Virus record (IMG/VR): IMGVR_UViG_3300025732_000034
DNA length: 64,000 nucleotides
Direction: 5' to 3' (one strand)
Origin: an uncultured virus (IMG/VR IMGVR_UViG_3300025732_000034)
Lineage: Duplodnaviria > Heunggongvirae > Uroviricota > Caudoviricetes
A program made the position numbers and the translations under genes. This document shows positions 13,864 through 23,594 of this stretch, piece by piece (the stretch's first letter is position 1; each line of letters begins with the position of its first letter). The notes below the pieces were generated by a model. It did not search any database. It was not told the origin of the DNA and saw only the letters and a program-made list of their open reading frames with translations.

Positions 13864-14070
13864 ATGATCCGTGAATCAATTGAATGGCTGAAGACTGTTT
13901 ACAAGATACCCAGTGCCGAAGTGCTGGCGCTGCGTGAACTTGAGGAGGCCAAGCGCAAGTTGCTCGAGGCGCAGTCAGGCCGCGACTACGCCATATCAAT
14001 GTGCAACTATTACGAAACCAAGATCAAACGCTTGACCGCGTATTTACACAACGCAACGGAGGTGAAATGA
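13864..14070 (+). CDS. Hypothetical protein
   Basis: AAGGAG RBS. Conserved at 51,334-51,540. Confidence 0.75.
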   Translation: MIRESIEWLKTVYKIPSAEVLALRELEEAKRKLLEAQSGRDYAISMCNYYETKIKRLTAYLHNATEVK

Positions 14071-14258
14071 AATGCCCCGTATGCGGAACTTGGACAATAG
14101 TGCTCGAGACTCGGAATGGTCGCCGACGCAGGGAATGTGCGAACCTGCACCGGTTTGTTACCCTCGAAAGCGTCGTGAAAATTGGCCCTTCCGAATCTAC
14201 GAAGAAGGTGGCCGGATGTACCAAAACGTCGCCCCTCGGCGACGTAAGGCTAACTTAG
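14067..14258 (+). CDS. NrdR-N-like zinc-ribbon protein
   Basis: MKCPVCG...VLETR..RRRREC..LHRF.T.E with a GGAGG RBS. Confidence 0.7.
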   Translation: MKCPVCGTWTIVLETRNGRRRRECANLHRFVTLESVVKIGPSESTKKVAGCTKTSPLGDVRLT

Positions 14259-14289
14259 ACGACGTAGAAGATGCACCGTGGTAACCACG

Positions 14290-14463
14290 TTACTCTGATG
14301 CTTTTTTCTTATCATACAGCGACCAAGCAACACCGGCCAACGTGGACACTGCGCCCACCACGGCATCCAAAGTGCCACCGGTGATGCCAAACGACATCAG
14401 AAAACCGCCGCCCACCGTCGTCAACAAGTGGCGCACGATGGCTTGAACAATAGTTGCGTTCAT
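14290..14463 (-). CDS. Putative holin (two hydrophobic helices, basic tail)
   Basis: MNATIVQAIVRHLLTTVGGG...WSLYDKKK, next to the endolysin. Confidence 0.65.
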   Translation of the reverse strand: MNATIVQAIVRHLLTTVGGGFLMSFGITGGTLDAVVGAVSTLAGVAWSLYDKKKASE

Positions 14464-14840
14464 GGATAGTCCTTCCAAGGTAATTGAAAATGCGGCCCGT
14501 CTGGAAATTTTTTCCAATCGACCCCGCACTCGATAGGGATGTTGAGTTCCTGCGCTGCCGTCTTCATGGCGGTGGCGATCTTGGAGTATAGGGGCCACGA
14601 CCAGTCCACCTGACCATCGACCCAGGCTCCCAGATCGACGGCATGGCCGTCAAGATGGCGGCTGTTCATGGTCTGACTCGCGCCAGCATCGAACATGGCT
14701 TTCTGACGCTCGATGGTCCGCAGTCCCTCGAGCACCGTGAAGTCCACGAGGCTGATCTCAATCGCATGCTTGACGACCTTGACCAGATCGGGGTGGACCC
14801 CCTTGAGTCGCATGATTGATCGTGGGCCAAGTTGGTACAT
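14460..14840 (-). CDS. Endolysin, M15 (L-Ala-D-Glu) peptidase
   Basis: GVHPDL, EGLRT.ERQ, SRHL.GHAVD, DGPHFQL. Confidence 0.9.
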   Translation of the reverse strand: MYQLGPRSIMRLKGVHPDLVKVVKHAIEISLVDFTVLEGLRTIERQKAMFDAGASQTMNSRHLDGHAVDLGAWVDGQVDWSWPLYSKIATAMKTAAQELNIPIECGVDWKKFPDGPHFQLPWKDYP

Positions 14841-15052
14841 CAGTGTTTACCGAAAAAGAATCCAGCAATTCCTGTGAGCATCGACCACAGACCAATACCG
14901 ATCCATAGAGCACCCTTGGAACGACTCGCCATGTCAAGCAGTTGCTCCATTTGTTTTTCCATGCGATCCATCTTTTTGTCCATGTTTTGTACGCGTTCCC
15001 ACAGAACACCGTACTTCACTGGATCAATCTCCGCGCTTCCCTCTAACGCCAT
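14840..15052 (-). CDS. Small coiled-coil plus transmembrane protein (lysis-associated)
   Basis: 70 aa with a C-terminal hydrophobic helix, translationally coupled to the endolysin. Confidence 0.65.
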   Translation of the reverse strand: MALEGSAEIDPVKYGVLWERVQNMDKKMDRMEKQMEQLLDMASRSKGALWIGIGLWSMLTGIAGFFFGKH

Positions 15053-15054
15053 GA

Positions 15055-17205
15055 TTACTCCTGAGTTTCAATAATTCGTACCGGCTGCTTCGCCAGCGCA
15101 TTGCTGTTGTTTCGCTCAGGTGCAAGCGCGTTGACACCGGCAGCGGTGGTGCCGCGCACTATGGCTTTGGCACCCTGGCTCCATTGTGACGGATCAGAGA
15201 TCAGTTTCAACACGCGGCTGCGCTCCTCAGCAGGTAAACGCTCAAGCAGATTCGCAGCACCCTCGGGTGTCTTGAGCGCATCGGTGAGCGTTGTCATTGT
15301 CTTGGCACCGATCTTGTTTTCCAAGATGTTCAGTGCCTTGTTGGTCGTTGCGGCCACCGCGCTCAGGTACGATGGCAAGCGCAGCTTCGATGTGTTGTCG
15401 AGCAACAGTTGCTTAAGTGCGTCTTGGCCTGCGCTGACCTGACCCTTGACGGCCAGTTCGGTCAGGCGCTTCTGAGCCTGTTCGCGCAGCACTGACAGCG
15501 CGTTGTCGCTGAGTTCGGTGGCGATGTTGTAGTTGCCAGGGCCGAGGAACTTCTCGACTACCTCGGGCGACTCGTTTTGCACCAAACGAACAAAGGCATC
15601 CTTGTCCGTCTTCCACAACTTTGCCGCCTCGCCGGTCAACTTGCGCTCGGCAATCGCTTGCATACCCTTGGCGTAGTCGGTCAGGTACTGGCGATACCCA
15701 GTGCCGCCTGCCGCCTCAATAGCGTCGATCAGTGTGGGCTTGAGTTTTGCCATGACCTCGGCTGCAAGGTTGCGCTGGGTCGTGGCATCCACGCCTGGAC
15801 GCAACTGCTGGATCGCAGCGTTGATCGAGTTTTTGCGAATGGCATCGAGCGCCTTGGCATCGATGACACCACCGCTGCCGGTCCACTTGGCGATGTCATC
15901 GGCCACATTTTTGACCGCACCCAGCAGCAAGTCATTGCCCGCGAACTCGGGATTGTTCGCAATCGCACGGACGCTGCCGATCACTTCATCGCCCTTGAGC
16001 GGCTTGATGCCGACAGAGCGCAGCGCATCAGCCGCACCTTGAGCAAACCGAGCGCCTTGGCCCAGATCAAGCGATGCGTTTGCTGCTTGGCTTGCCCACT
16101 CGTCAGCCATGCGGGCCAGATCGCCCTTGTAGGTGTATTTGGTCAAGCCGACTGGCAGGTTGCCCTTGATTAAATCAAGTCGGGCAGAAGCCTCGGCAAT
16201 CTTGCCAGCATTGATCAAGTCACGAACCTTCTGCACCTCGGCAGCAGCCTCGGCGCTTAACTTGCCTGCCTGCGCCTCGTAGTCGGCCACCGCTTTACCC
16301 AGGTTCGCACGGCTCAAAGCAGCCTCACGCACCGGCCCTTGGGTAGTGTTGAGCGCCTCTTTCATGGCGGTCGTTGTGCCTCGGGCTTCCGCAGCCGTAG
16401 CACCACCGGCAAGTTTTGCCAGGGCGTTCAGGGACACTTCGCCCTGAGATGCCTTGAGCGCCTCGAGGAAACGCGGATCGCGGGCCGTAGCGCGGTCGAT
16501 CAGCGCTTGCCATGTCGGGCTGTTGATGTTGGCCGTGGCCTGGGCTGCGCTGACGTTCTGGCCTTGCGCTGCCTTGAGTGCGTTGAGCACTTCGGGCAGA
16601 TCAGGGCCAAGGGCGTTACGGGCGATGTCAGCAGCCTTGTTGGCCGGGATGTTGCGAATGTCCATGACCTTGCCAGCGACCTTGCCGATCACTGGACCAA
16701 GGACTCGACCACCCGCTTCAAAGGTCGCACCCTCAAGCACGTTACGAGCAGGTTCAGTGACGAGCGCAGCGCCGGTTCTGGGCTGCTTCATCCCCATCGC
16801 CACATCAGCGGCTTCAATGGCTTCTTTGGCGATGCCGTAGCCCAAGCCAGCGCCAGCGACACCACCGGCAGCGGTGCCCACTGGGCCAGCGCCAAACGTG
16901 CCTGCTGTGCCGCCCAGCAATCCGCCACCAATCGCGCCAGCAGCCTCCACCAAAGGCGCAGCGTAGGGGCGCACGGCTTGATAGACGCGCTGACCAGTGG
17001 TCAGGTCTTGACGGTTGCCGGGGATCGCGTCAGGCGATACCTGGGCGACAGATGGCTGCATCGACTGAGGCAATGCAGGTTGGGGCTGGCTGATGCTGGG
17101 CAGTTGGGCCTGAATCAGCGACTGGGCTTGCTCAGGGGTCGTGCCTTCCGGTACTTCAAACCGAGCAACACGGCCATCGGGAAGTTGAAAGCGGGCGACT
17201 GGCAT
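15055..17205 (-). CDS. Large internal virion/ejection protein (P22 gp16 position)
   Basis: 716 aa, Ala/Gly-rich and helical, with a Gly-rich hydrophobic stretch. Assigned by synteny. Confidence 0.65.
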   Translation of the reverse strand: MPVARFQLPDGRVARFEVPEGTTPEQAQSLIQAQLPSISQPQPALPQSMQPSVAQVSPDAIPGNRQDLTTGQRVYQAVRPYAAPLVEAAGAIGGGLLGGTAGTFGAGPVGTAAGGVAGAGLGYGIAKEAIEAADVAMGMKQPRTGAALVTEPARNVLEGATFEAGGRVLGPVIGKVAGKVMDIRNIPANKAADIARNALGPDLPEVLNALKAAQGQNVSAAQATANINSPTWQALIDRATARDPRFLEALKASQGEVSLNALAKLAGGATAAEARGTTTAMKEALNTTQGPVREAALSRANLGKAVADYEAQAGKLSAEAAAEVQKVRDLINAGKIAEASARLDLIKGNLPVGLTKYTYKGDLARMADEWASQAANASLDLGQGARFAQGAADALRSVGIKPLKGDEVIGSVRAIANNPEFAGNDLLLGAVKNVADDIAKWTGSGGVIDAKALDAIRKNSINAAIQQLRPGVDATTQRNLAAEVMAKLKPTLIDAIEAAGGTGYRQYLTDYAKGMQAIAERKLTGEAAKLWKTDKDAFVRLVQNESPEVVEKFLGPGNYNIATELSDNALSVLREQAQKRLTELAVKGQVSAGQDALKQLLLDNTSKLRLPSYLSAVAATTNKALNILENKIGAKTMTTLTDALKTPEGAANLLERLPAEERSRVLKLISDPSQWSQGAKAIVRGTTAAGVNALAPERNNSNALAKQPVRIIETQE

Positions 17206-18569
17206 TATTCAAATCCTAAGAATTTGACACCACCAGCGGCAGCGGGAGCAGCACCAGGAGCGCCGCCTGAGCGAGAAGCACGGGCTTGTGCGTTTGCCAC
17301 ACCTTTACGAACCACTTCTTGCAGATCGCGGGCAGCAGCCATGAACTCTTTTTCGCTTTGCGAAGTGGACATGCGGTTGATTGCATCGGTAGCTTTTGCG
17401 CCTTCTTTTTCCGTGATCGCACCGCCACCCTTGAGCGACTCAAACGCTTCAAGGAACGATGAGCCTTTGATCTGGTCAAAGCGCGACATAAAGTCGGCGG
17501 CATCGGTGCCAGGAACAAACCGAATACCTGGTAGCCAAGTGGTGCCCACGGCGTTCTCGAAACCAGGGTGCGGCTTTGTCGCGGCTTGAATGACCTTGCC
17601 ATTCTTGTCGCGCACTTCTTGTTTGCCGATCATCTCGTCGATCAAGCGCAGGCCATCTTCGGCGCGAGTGATGATCTTTGGCAATGCCTGTTGTGCAGCC
17701 ACATCGCCCTTGGCAATCGCCTCGCCAACGGCCTTTGCGCCAGCCATGCGTTGCTGGAACGCTGGGTCGGCATCGCGGCGTTGGTTTTCCTCGAGCACAG
17801 CAACACGACGACTTTCGAGGCCGATACGCTGGCCTTCTTGCTTGATGCGTTGTGCGTCTGCCGGAGCAATTGTGTTGGCTTCCGTGGCAATCTTTTGCAC
17901 TTTGCCAGTCAACGGCGAGATCAGGCTTGTTTCGGTCGTTGCACCCAAGTTGCGCGTGGACACAGTGGGTTTGTTCAACTCCATGAATTTTTCAGTACCC
18001 AACTTTGACTGGTTCAACAACTCAGCAAAAGCGTCTGGGCCTTGTTGAATTGCCTGTGCAATTCGTGCGCGGGATTGATCGGCTGTAACACCGCGCTTGG
18101 CAAGCAACGGACCAAGAATCGGATCACGGTGGTTTGCCTCGTGCCATGCGATGTATTGCTGAGGCGCGTTTGGGTCAGCGGGGTTGATGTTTTCCAAAAA
18201 CTGACGCGATTGCTTGAGTTTGGAGTCAACCAGTTCAGTCTCAGTTTTTTGCTGAGTTAATTGCTGAGTACGCAGTTCACCTAGTTTCTTTTCGATGTCG
18301 GGCAAACGTGCGCCTGCGCCGCCGCTAATCACAGCGCCACGCAGTTTGTTCATGTCATACGCACCCGTTTCAGGGTTGTATGCGGCCTTGTAGGCTTCAC
18401 TCAGCGCGTTTTGAGCGGCTTCTTCGCGTTGCGCTGCACCCAGTTGATACTGAGCCAATGCGTTTTGATTTTGAGCGCTTTGAATGCTGGCAATCTTGCC
18501 GTACTGAGCCAATGGGTCGGCAAGTTGAAGCGGTTGAACGCCAAGTGCGATTGCGGGATTGATTGGCAT
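17205..18569 (-). CDS. Internal virion/ejection protein (P22 gp20 position)
   Basis: 454 aa, Gln/Ala-rich and helical. Assigned by synteny. Confidence 0.65.
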   Translation of the reverse strand: MPINPAIALGVQPLQLADPLAQYGKIASIQSAQNQNALAQYQLGAAQREEAAQNALSEAYKAAYNPETGAYDMNKLRGAVISGGAGARLPDIEKKLGELRTQQLTQQKTETELVDSKLKQSRQFLENINPADPNAPQQYIAWHEANHRDPILGPLLAKRGVTADQSRARIAQAIQQGPDAFAELLNQSKLGTEKFMELNKPTVSTRNLGATTETSLISPLTGKVQKIATEANTIAPADAQRIKQEGQRIGLESRRVAVLEENQRRDADPAFQQRMAGAKAVGEAIAKGDVAAQQALPKIITRAEDGLRLIDEMIGKQEVRDKNGKVIQAATKPHPGFENAVGTTWLPGIRFVPGTDAADFMSRFDQIKGSSFLEAFESLKGGGAITEKEGAKATDAINRMSTSQSEKEFMAAARDLQEVVRKGVANAQARASRSGGAPGAAPAAAGGVKFLGFE

Positions 18570-18571
18570 TT

Positions 18572-19312
18572 TTAACCTCCACCACCCAAACGAGCGCCAC
18601 CAAACGAGTAGTCGGGCGTAAACGAATAATCAGTCGTGGGCGTGTACCCAGTTGGTATTCCAACTCCACCACCACCACCTCGCAACGCGGCCAGCATATT
18701 CTGACCTTGCGAATAATTCAAATACGTACCCAATCCGCTCGTCAACGCGTTTGCGCCGCCCACATAACCCGAAGCGCGGGCCGCTGCGGCTGATCCGATA
18801 CCTTCGGCGATGTTTGAACCCAATTGGCCCGCAGCATTTGTCAATGTGTTGGCCGATGTTTGACCAACACCTGCCAATGATTGAAGCGGTTGCAACTGAG
18901 CAGCACGTTCAGCCTGATATCGATTGAACGCGTTTTGGTATTCTTGCGAACCCATTTCCTGACCATATCGAGTTAACGCTTTACCCGTTGCACCCGACAG
19001 CAAACCACCTCGAGCAGCAGCCGAACGCTCGAGTGCTTTTTGGCCTTCGGACAAACGGAATGCGTAACCAGGATCGGCCTGGAACTGAGACATGCCGAAT
19101 TTCTGATAGTCCGTAAGAGGAATCAGTTTGTTAAGTGCAGCTTCGCCAGCCTTGCGCCAAGGTTCTTGCAGTTGAACTTGTCGTTCAAACATGCGCTCCT
19201 GCGCGGCAGTGCCTTGTTCGGCAGCAGCGGCTTGCGTACCGGCAGCACTTCTAGAAGCGCTTGCCCCAATTAGAGAACTGCCTACGACGGCACCAGCAAC
19301 CCAAAAAGTCAT
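18572..19312 (-). CDS. DNA transfer protein, P22 gp7-like
   Basis: PW..AG..AL, DPGY.FRL.EG..A...AAARGGL.SG...KAL.RYGQ. Confidence 0.75.
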   Translation of the reverse strand: MTFWVAGAVVGSSLIGASASRSAAGTQAAAAEQGTAAQERMFERQVQLQEPWRKAGEAALNKLIPLTDYQKFGMSQFQADPGYAFRLSEGQKALERSAAARGGLLSGATGKALTRYGQEMGSQEYQNAFNRYQAERAAQLQPLQSLAGVGQTSANTLTNAAGQLGSNIAEGIGSAAAARASGYVGGANALTSGLGTYLNYSQGQNMLAALRGGGGGVGIPTGYTPTTDYSFTPDYSFGGARLGGGG

Positions 19313-19776
19313 GGCTGCACCTCGATTTCTTTGTGTTTAACCTGATTACCGAGACTGTACATCGAATCAGGGTCTGCCTCAACCAGTTCGGCCTCAGCTT
19401 CCTCGACAGTTGTCGCCTCGATTGCGTGAAATGTCATGCAAAGCGTATCGGTTATTGCGTACACCGCCCGCTTTGTCCCGGGTTTACTTTGGAAAAGATG
19501 AGGCCCGGTGACCTCTTGCACATTACCCTCGCCGTCCGTGATTGCCACGGTTCCCGACACGATGAGGTAGAAGTGTTCCTTTTTGTGGACTGCTCCAACA
19601 ACCAGCACTCCGGCATGCCGAAACACCTCACGGCAGTACATACCACCGTGAAAGTAGTGTTTCGTTTCAGGTTCGTATTGTGGCAGCTTTGACAGTTCAT
19701 CCTGCAACGCATCCACTTTTTGCCGCATCATCTCGGGCGGCGCTATCTCAAACCCTTTGCCGTAAGTAATTCGCAT
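19309..19776 (-). CDS. Cupin-fold protein
   Basis: HYF.GGMY.RE....G...VG.VHK.EH...SG, PG.KR.VYA..D. Confidence 0.65.
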   Translation of the reverse strand: MRITYGKGFEIAPPEMMRQKVDALQDELSKLPQYEPETKHYFHGGMYCREVFRHAGVLVVGAVHKKEHFYLIVSGTVAITDGEGNVQEVTGPHLFQSKPGTKRAVYAITDTLCMTFHAIEATTVEEAEAELVEADPDSMYSLGNQVKHKEIEVQP

Positions 19777-20111
19777 TAAGTCACCTCGCGTCCGCTGACT
19801 CGCATGTTGATGGCCGATGCGGTGCCAGCAATCGTGGAAATGAAGTCGCCAGGGTTGAGCACCTGACCCACCAGTTCGGGGAACGTGTAGACCTCGGCAG
19901 GCTGGAGCGTCTTGGTCTTGGTGATCAAGTTCTGGTTGCCAGCCGATCCGGTCACCGTGACGAGGTTGACGCTGATTGTGGCAGCGGCAGTGTTGTAGTT
20001 CGTCGCGGTGAACTTGTCGATGATGGTCGTCACGCCAGTCGCGGTGTACTGGGTGGTTTGGGTGTTCTCGACCGTTTTGGCCGGAACTATATTCTTGACG
20101 GTGACTGTCAT
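19776..20111 (-). CDS. Small beta-rich virion protein
   Basis: 111 aa, Thr-rich, almost identical in copy 2. Confidence 0.7.
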   Translation of the reverse strand: MTVTVKNIVPAKTVENTQTTQYTATGVTTIIDKFTATNYNTAAATISVNLVTVTGSAGNQNLITKTKTLQPAEVYTFPELVGQVLNPGDFISTIAGTASAINMRVSGREVT

Positions 20112-20115
20112 GTCA

Positions 20116-21420
20116 TCACTCCAAAAGTAGGGCGTTGTTCGAGGTGTATTGCGTCATTATCCAGTTTGTGCCATCAGACACAAGGGTTGCGTTTGCACCG
20201 GCCACAGCGGCCAGAATGGCCGTGGTTGCCGCGCCCCCGGCAAGGGGCACCACGTTGCTGGATGCTGACACAAGGGTTTGAGCCTGATAGTTCTGGAAAT
20301 GCAGCGTCCGTCCGCTGTTGGCGCTGGCTGTCGGCAGCGTCACGGTGCAAGACGATCCCGACTTGTTGTTGATTAGCCAAGTCTCGCTGGCCGCAACCGT
20401 AAAATCCGCTGTCTTGGTAACCGGTGCGCCACCAGCGCCTGAGATTACCGACGCAGGGGTGACGTTTTTCCAATACCCCAAAGCACTGTCGTATTGAATC
20501 AGATCACTGTTTGCCAGCGAGGTGAATTGCACGTTGCTGTCCGTGCCGCCCAGCACAGACCCAGGCACGATGCGGATGTGGATCGATCCAGAAGCACCGG
20601 ACCCAGCGTTCGTCACCTCACCAATGTAAGTTTTCTGATTGGGCGCTACCGGCTTTGTTTTTGTAAAACTGCCGACATACGCTGGGTTGTAATACAGCGG
20701 GTCGCCGTCAGCCCATGTCTCACCGACGCTGCTGCCGGTGGTGTTGAAGCCCCGGAGGTCGCCGCTGATCTGGATCAGGCCAAACCCGTTGAGCGCGATT
20801 GTCTCAGCGGCCACGCCAACGATCTGATTAGGATCAGTCAGCGCCAGCGGCGTAGGGGCCACGGTGATCACACCAGACGCGCCCACTGCGCCCGTGTGGT
20901 AGCAGAGTTGCCCTTTGGCCACGGCTGACGATGCCTTGGCGTAAACGTACTCAGCTTCACCGACTCGAATTAAAACGCTGGTCGTGGCCTGAATACCCAT
21001 CGTTGTGCCACCGTCCCAGTACATGCTACCCACAGCAGTGGGTACAGGCGACGGGGCTGTGTTGAACGTGAGCCAGGGCACATTGTCCTGCTCAAGCGGG
21101 GCCATGCTACCCAGTTCAGGCTGGCGCAAGGTTTGCAGTTCCTGGCGCACAGCATCGAGCGCGGCTTGCAACTCGGACGTACCGGGTGCAGGTTGAGTTT
21201 GCAAACCATTGATGTCGATGATGATGTCGGTCAGGTCTTCCTGCTGAGGCGTGGGAGGCCCAAGTTGCAGGTCAGTCAGCGATGTGGTGTTTTGACCGTT
21301 ACCGGTCAACTGAAACAAGTTCAGGAAAAACCGATACCACTCACGCGAGATCAACCCAGTCCGCGCATCTGTTAGCGGAACCCTGGGAGGTGTGATGTTG
21401 GTTAGATCGACGGTTGCCAT
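20116..21420 (-). CDS. Tail fibre/needle-like protein
   Basis: PPRVP....TG.ISREWYRFF N-terminus, heptad segment, beta-rich C-terminus. Follows the gp10-like gene. Confidence 0.65.
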   Translation of the reverse strand: MATVDLTNITPPRVPLTDARTGLISREWYRFFLNLFQLTGNGQNTTSLTDLQLGPPTPQQEDLTDIIIDINGLQTQPAPGTSELQAALDAVRQELQTLRQPELGSMAPLEQDNVPWLTFNTAPSPVPTAVGSMYWDGGTTMGIQATTSVLIRVGEAEYVYAKASSAVAKGQLCYHTGAVGASGVITVAPTPLALTDPNQIVGVAAETIALNGFGLIQISGDLRGFNTTGSSVGETWADGDPLYYNPAYVGSFTKTKPVAPNQKTYIGEVTNAGSGASGSIHIRIVPGSVLGGTDSNVQFTSLANSDLIQYDSALGYWKNVTPASVISGAGGAPVTKTADFTVAASETWLINNKSGSSCTVTLPTASANSGRTLHFQNYQAQTLVSASSNVVPLAGGAATTAILAAVAGANATLVSDGTNWIMTQYTSNNALLLE

Positions 21421-21422
21421 CG

Positions 21423-22862
21423 TTAAGCATTGGTCGGACTGATGATCAGTTCAGCACCCATGATTGCAGTCTTTACGGGGTCGGTCATTGACAACTCGTA
21501 CACCCGGTCGCGCAGTTTCATGGTCATGCCAAGACGACGGTAAAACACGCGGCGGTAATACTGGCCGATCTTGCCAATTGATGCCGTGTGTTCGTTGGAC
21601 CACGTATGACCGCCATCGTCTGACCAGCGCAGCATCAGTTCGGGATCACTGCCTTGCCCAAGGTTCAGGCCAACACCCGACTCCAGATCGATCTGAAGAC
21701 TGTGGTGCGCGGTGCGCTTGAGGTTGTTTTGACCTGTCGGCAACGCCCGCCATGTACGCAGCCACTTTTGAATCTGGCCGTTGTCGGCGTAGGTGTCAAG
21801 GTCGAACGAGTAGATGTTGCCATTCTCGTAGTCGCCCACGATGATCTTGTTGTTGAACGCCATCTGGCAGTTGCTGCGGTGGCGCGTGAACGAGCCATTG
21901 TTCCAGCCTGCCCGCTCATGCCACGCGCCAGTGGCAACGTCGTACACCCAGGTCGTGTTGGCGCTGGGGAAAATGAGCACGTAGAAACTGTGGCCGTCTT
22001 GCTGGTAGGTATAGGCCAGCGAGTCAGTCAGATTGCCGTACTGCTGGATGTGCCACTCGACAGCGTGGGTGCTGATGCGTTGGCCTGTGTAGCCGTTGGC
22101 GCGATAGACAATGCCCTGACCTCGAGCGTCAGCGCCCAGCCAGAAGATGCCGTTGTCCATCTTGGCAATTGTGTAGGCCGAGATGCAACCGATCTCGTTA
22201 AATGCGCCTTGGATGCGCTGAAGCGGAAAGTCCTGAGTGCCTGCGTCGTACCAAACCTCTACGCTGTTTGTGCCGTAGACCCAAACCTCGCGATGGTCGA
22301 TGATCAAACCTACCACGCCGTCAGGAGAACCCTCGGCGCTTGCAAAGTCGAGTGGGTCAACCGACAACCCGTCAAGCAGGCTGGTGATCCAGATTTTCTG
22401 GCTGTTCGGTTCGTTGAACACAAAGTAGCCGTCCAAATAACCCACGCTTACCGCGCCAGGATAGTCTGGGTCGGTGATCTGCGAAAACACGTTGGTTGTG
22501 TTGTTGTAGATGTAGCCGGGGCCGTTGGCAGCAACGAACAACTGGGTGCCGTTGTCGGCCATGCTGACTGGCCCAGTGCCTGCAATTGTGCCCAGCAACG
22601 TGGCGCTGTAACTGGTGTTGATTTTGTACAGGCTGTTGCCCGAGACAACAAACGCCACGGTGTTGTCGGACGAGAAGGCCCACAGCCCTCGGATCGGTCC
22701 GTCACCAACGGTGGCAAGGTTCAGCAGTCCTGGGCAACGTTGCAAGTACGCAGGCTCTTTACCACCCTCGGGAATGACCTCGGGGAAAAGATTGATCATG
22801 CGGGCATCCGCAGCGTTGACGCTGCGAGTCACATACGTCGAGCCAAGGATCGGGGTCTTCAT
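21423..22862 (-). CDS. P22 gp10-like tail hub (packaged DNA stabilisation protein)
   Basis: INLFPE, PGL, V.MADNG, DGYFVF, AEG.PD, YQQ.GH.FY, WSDDGG.TW. Confidence 0.85.
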   Translation of the reverse strand: MKTPILGSTYVTRSVNAADARMINLFPEVIPEGGKEPAYLQRCPGLLNLATVGDGPIRGLWAFSSDNTVAFVVSGNSLYKINTSYSATLLGTIAGTGPVSMADNGTQLFVAANGPGYIYNNTTNVFSQITDPDYPGAVSVGYLDGYFVFNEPNSQKIWITSLLDGLSVDPLDFASAEGSPDGVVGLIIDHREVWVYGTNSVEVWYDAGTQDFPLQRIQGAFNEIGCISAYTIAKMDNGIFWLGADARGQGIVYRANGYTGQRISTHAVEWHIQQYGNLTDSLAYTYQQDGHSFYVLIFPSANTTWVYDVATGAWHERAGWNNGSFTRHRSNCQMAFNNKIIVGDYENGNIYSFDLDTYADNGQIQKWLRTWRALPTGQNNLKRTAHHSLQIDLESGVGLNLGQGSDPELMLRWSDDGGHTWSNEHTASIGKIGQYYRRVFYRRLGMTMKLRDRVYELSMTDPVKTAIMGAELIISPTNA

Positions 22863-23593
22863 TAGTAGTTACCCGCATAGACGTTGAAGCGCTGGCGCGT
22901 TGCGATCAGCGAGTACGGCATCGACATTACATCGTCAGGGTTGTTGATGCGCTTGAGGTCACGCTTGGATGTCATGGCGATACGCACAACCTGGGGCGAT
23001 GGCTCCACGCCAAACTCAGGTGCAATTTCGCATGCGAGGTTGTAGGCAAACGCCCGCAGGTAACCCGGAGGGAACAAAATCTGCGTGGACAGGTTTGCCG
23101 GTTGTGTCAGTTGCTCCACGCTGATGAAGTGAAACTCCAGCAAGCGCGTGGGGCGCGGATAGATGTAAATGTCGATGTCGGGGTAGGTCATGTTGACGAA
23201 CATGACCTGGGGATACGTGGATGTCACGGTCTTGACCGCGATGCCGTCGTACTGTTGCTGATTGATCAGCTTGATGCCGTAGGACACATTGGTCTGCGGA
23301 TCACGGAAATAGGTGGCATCGTCAACCAGAATAGGGCGCTCGGCAGTGCCGTTCAAACGCACCAGCGATCCGGTGGGGCCAAGGGTTGCGTTGATCTGGT
23401 CAACCGGCCAGTTGCAGATTTGGTCGATGGTTGAGAAGACGGACAGGCGCTCAGTGTTCCATGACTCAATCATCTGATTGAGCGCCATCAGGCAGTCTTG
23501 AGACACGGCTGCGGAAGGCGTTTCACCTTCGGCCAGCACACCTAGCAGCCGCAACGCTCGATTGATCTGTTCGCCTGCGGTGTAGGTAGCCAT
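22862..23593 (-). CDS. P22 gp4-like head-tail adaptor
   Basis: T.GE.I.RALR.LGV...ETP......L..LN.M, PPGY..A..YNLA....PEFG. Confidence 0.8.
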   Translation of the reverse strand: MATYTAGEQINRALRLLGVLAEGETPSAAVSQDCLMALNQMIESWNTERLSVFSTIDQICNWPVDQINATLGPTGSLVRLNGTAERPILVDDATYFRDPQTNVSYGIKLINQQQYDGIAVKTVTSTYPQVMFVNMTYPDIDIYIYPRPTRLLEFHFISVEQLTQPANLSTQILFPPGYLRAFAYNLACEIAPEFGVEPSPQVVRIAMTSKRDLKRINNPDDVMSMPYSLIATRQRFNVYAGNY

Positions 23594-23594
23594 G

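Noticed and set aside
14505..14535. Endolysin inactivation in copy 1 (ECGVDW instead of EWGGDW)
   Set aside because: The frame is intact and the metal/catalytic motifs (SRH, AVD, DGPH) are retained, so there is no basis to call a pseudogene.
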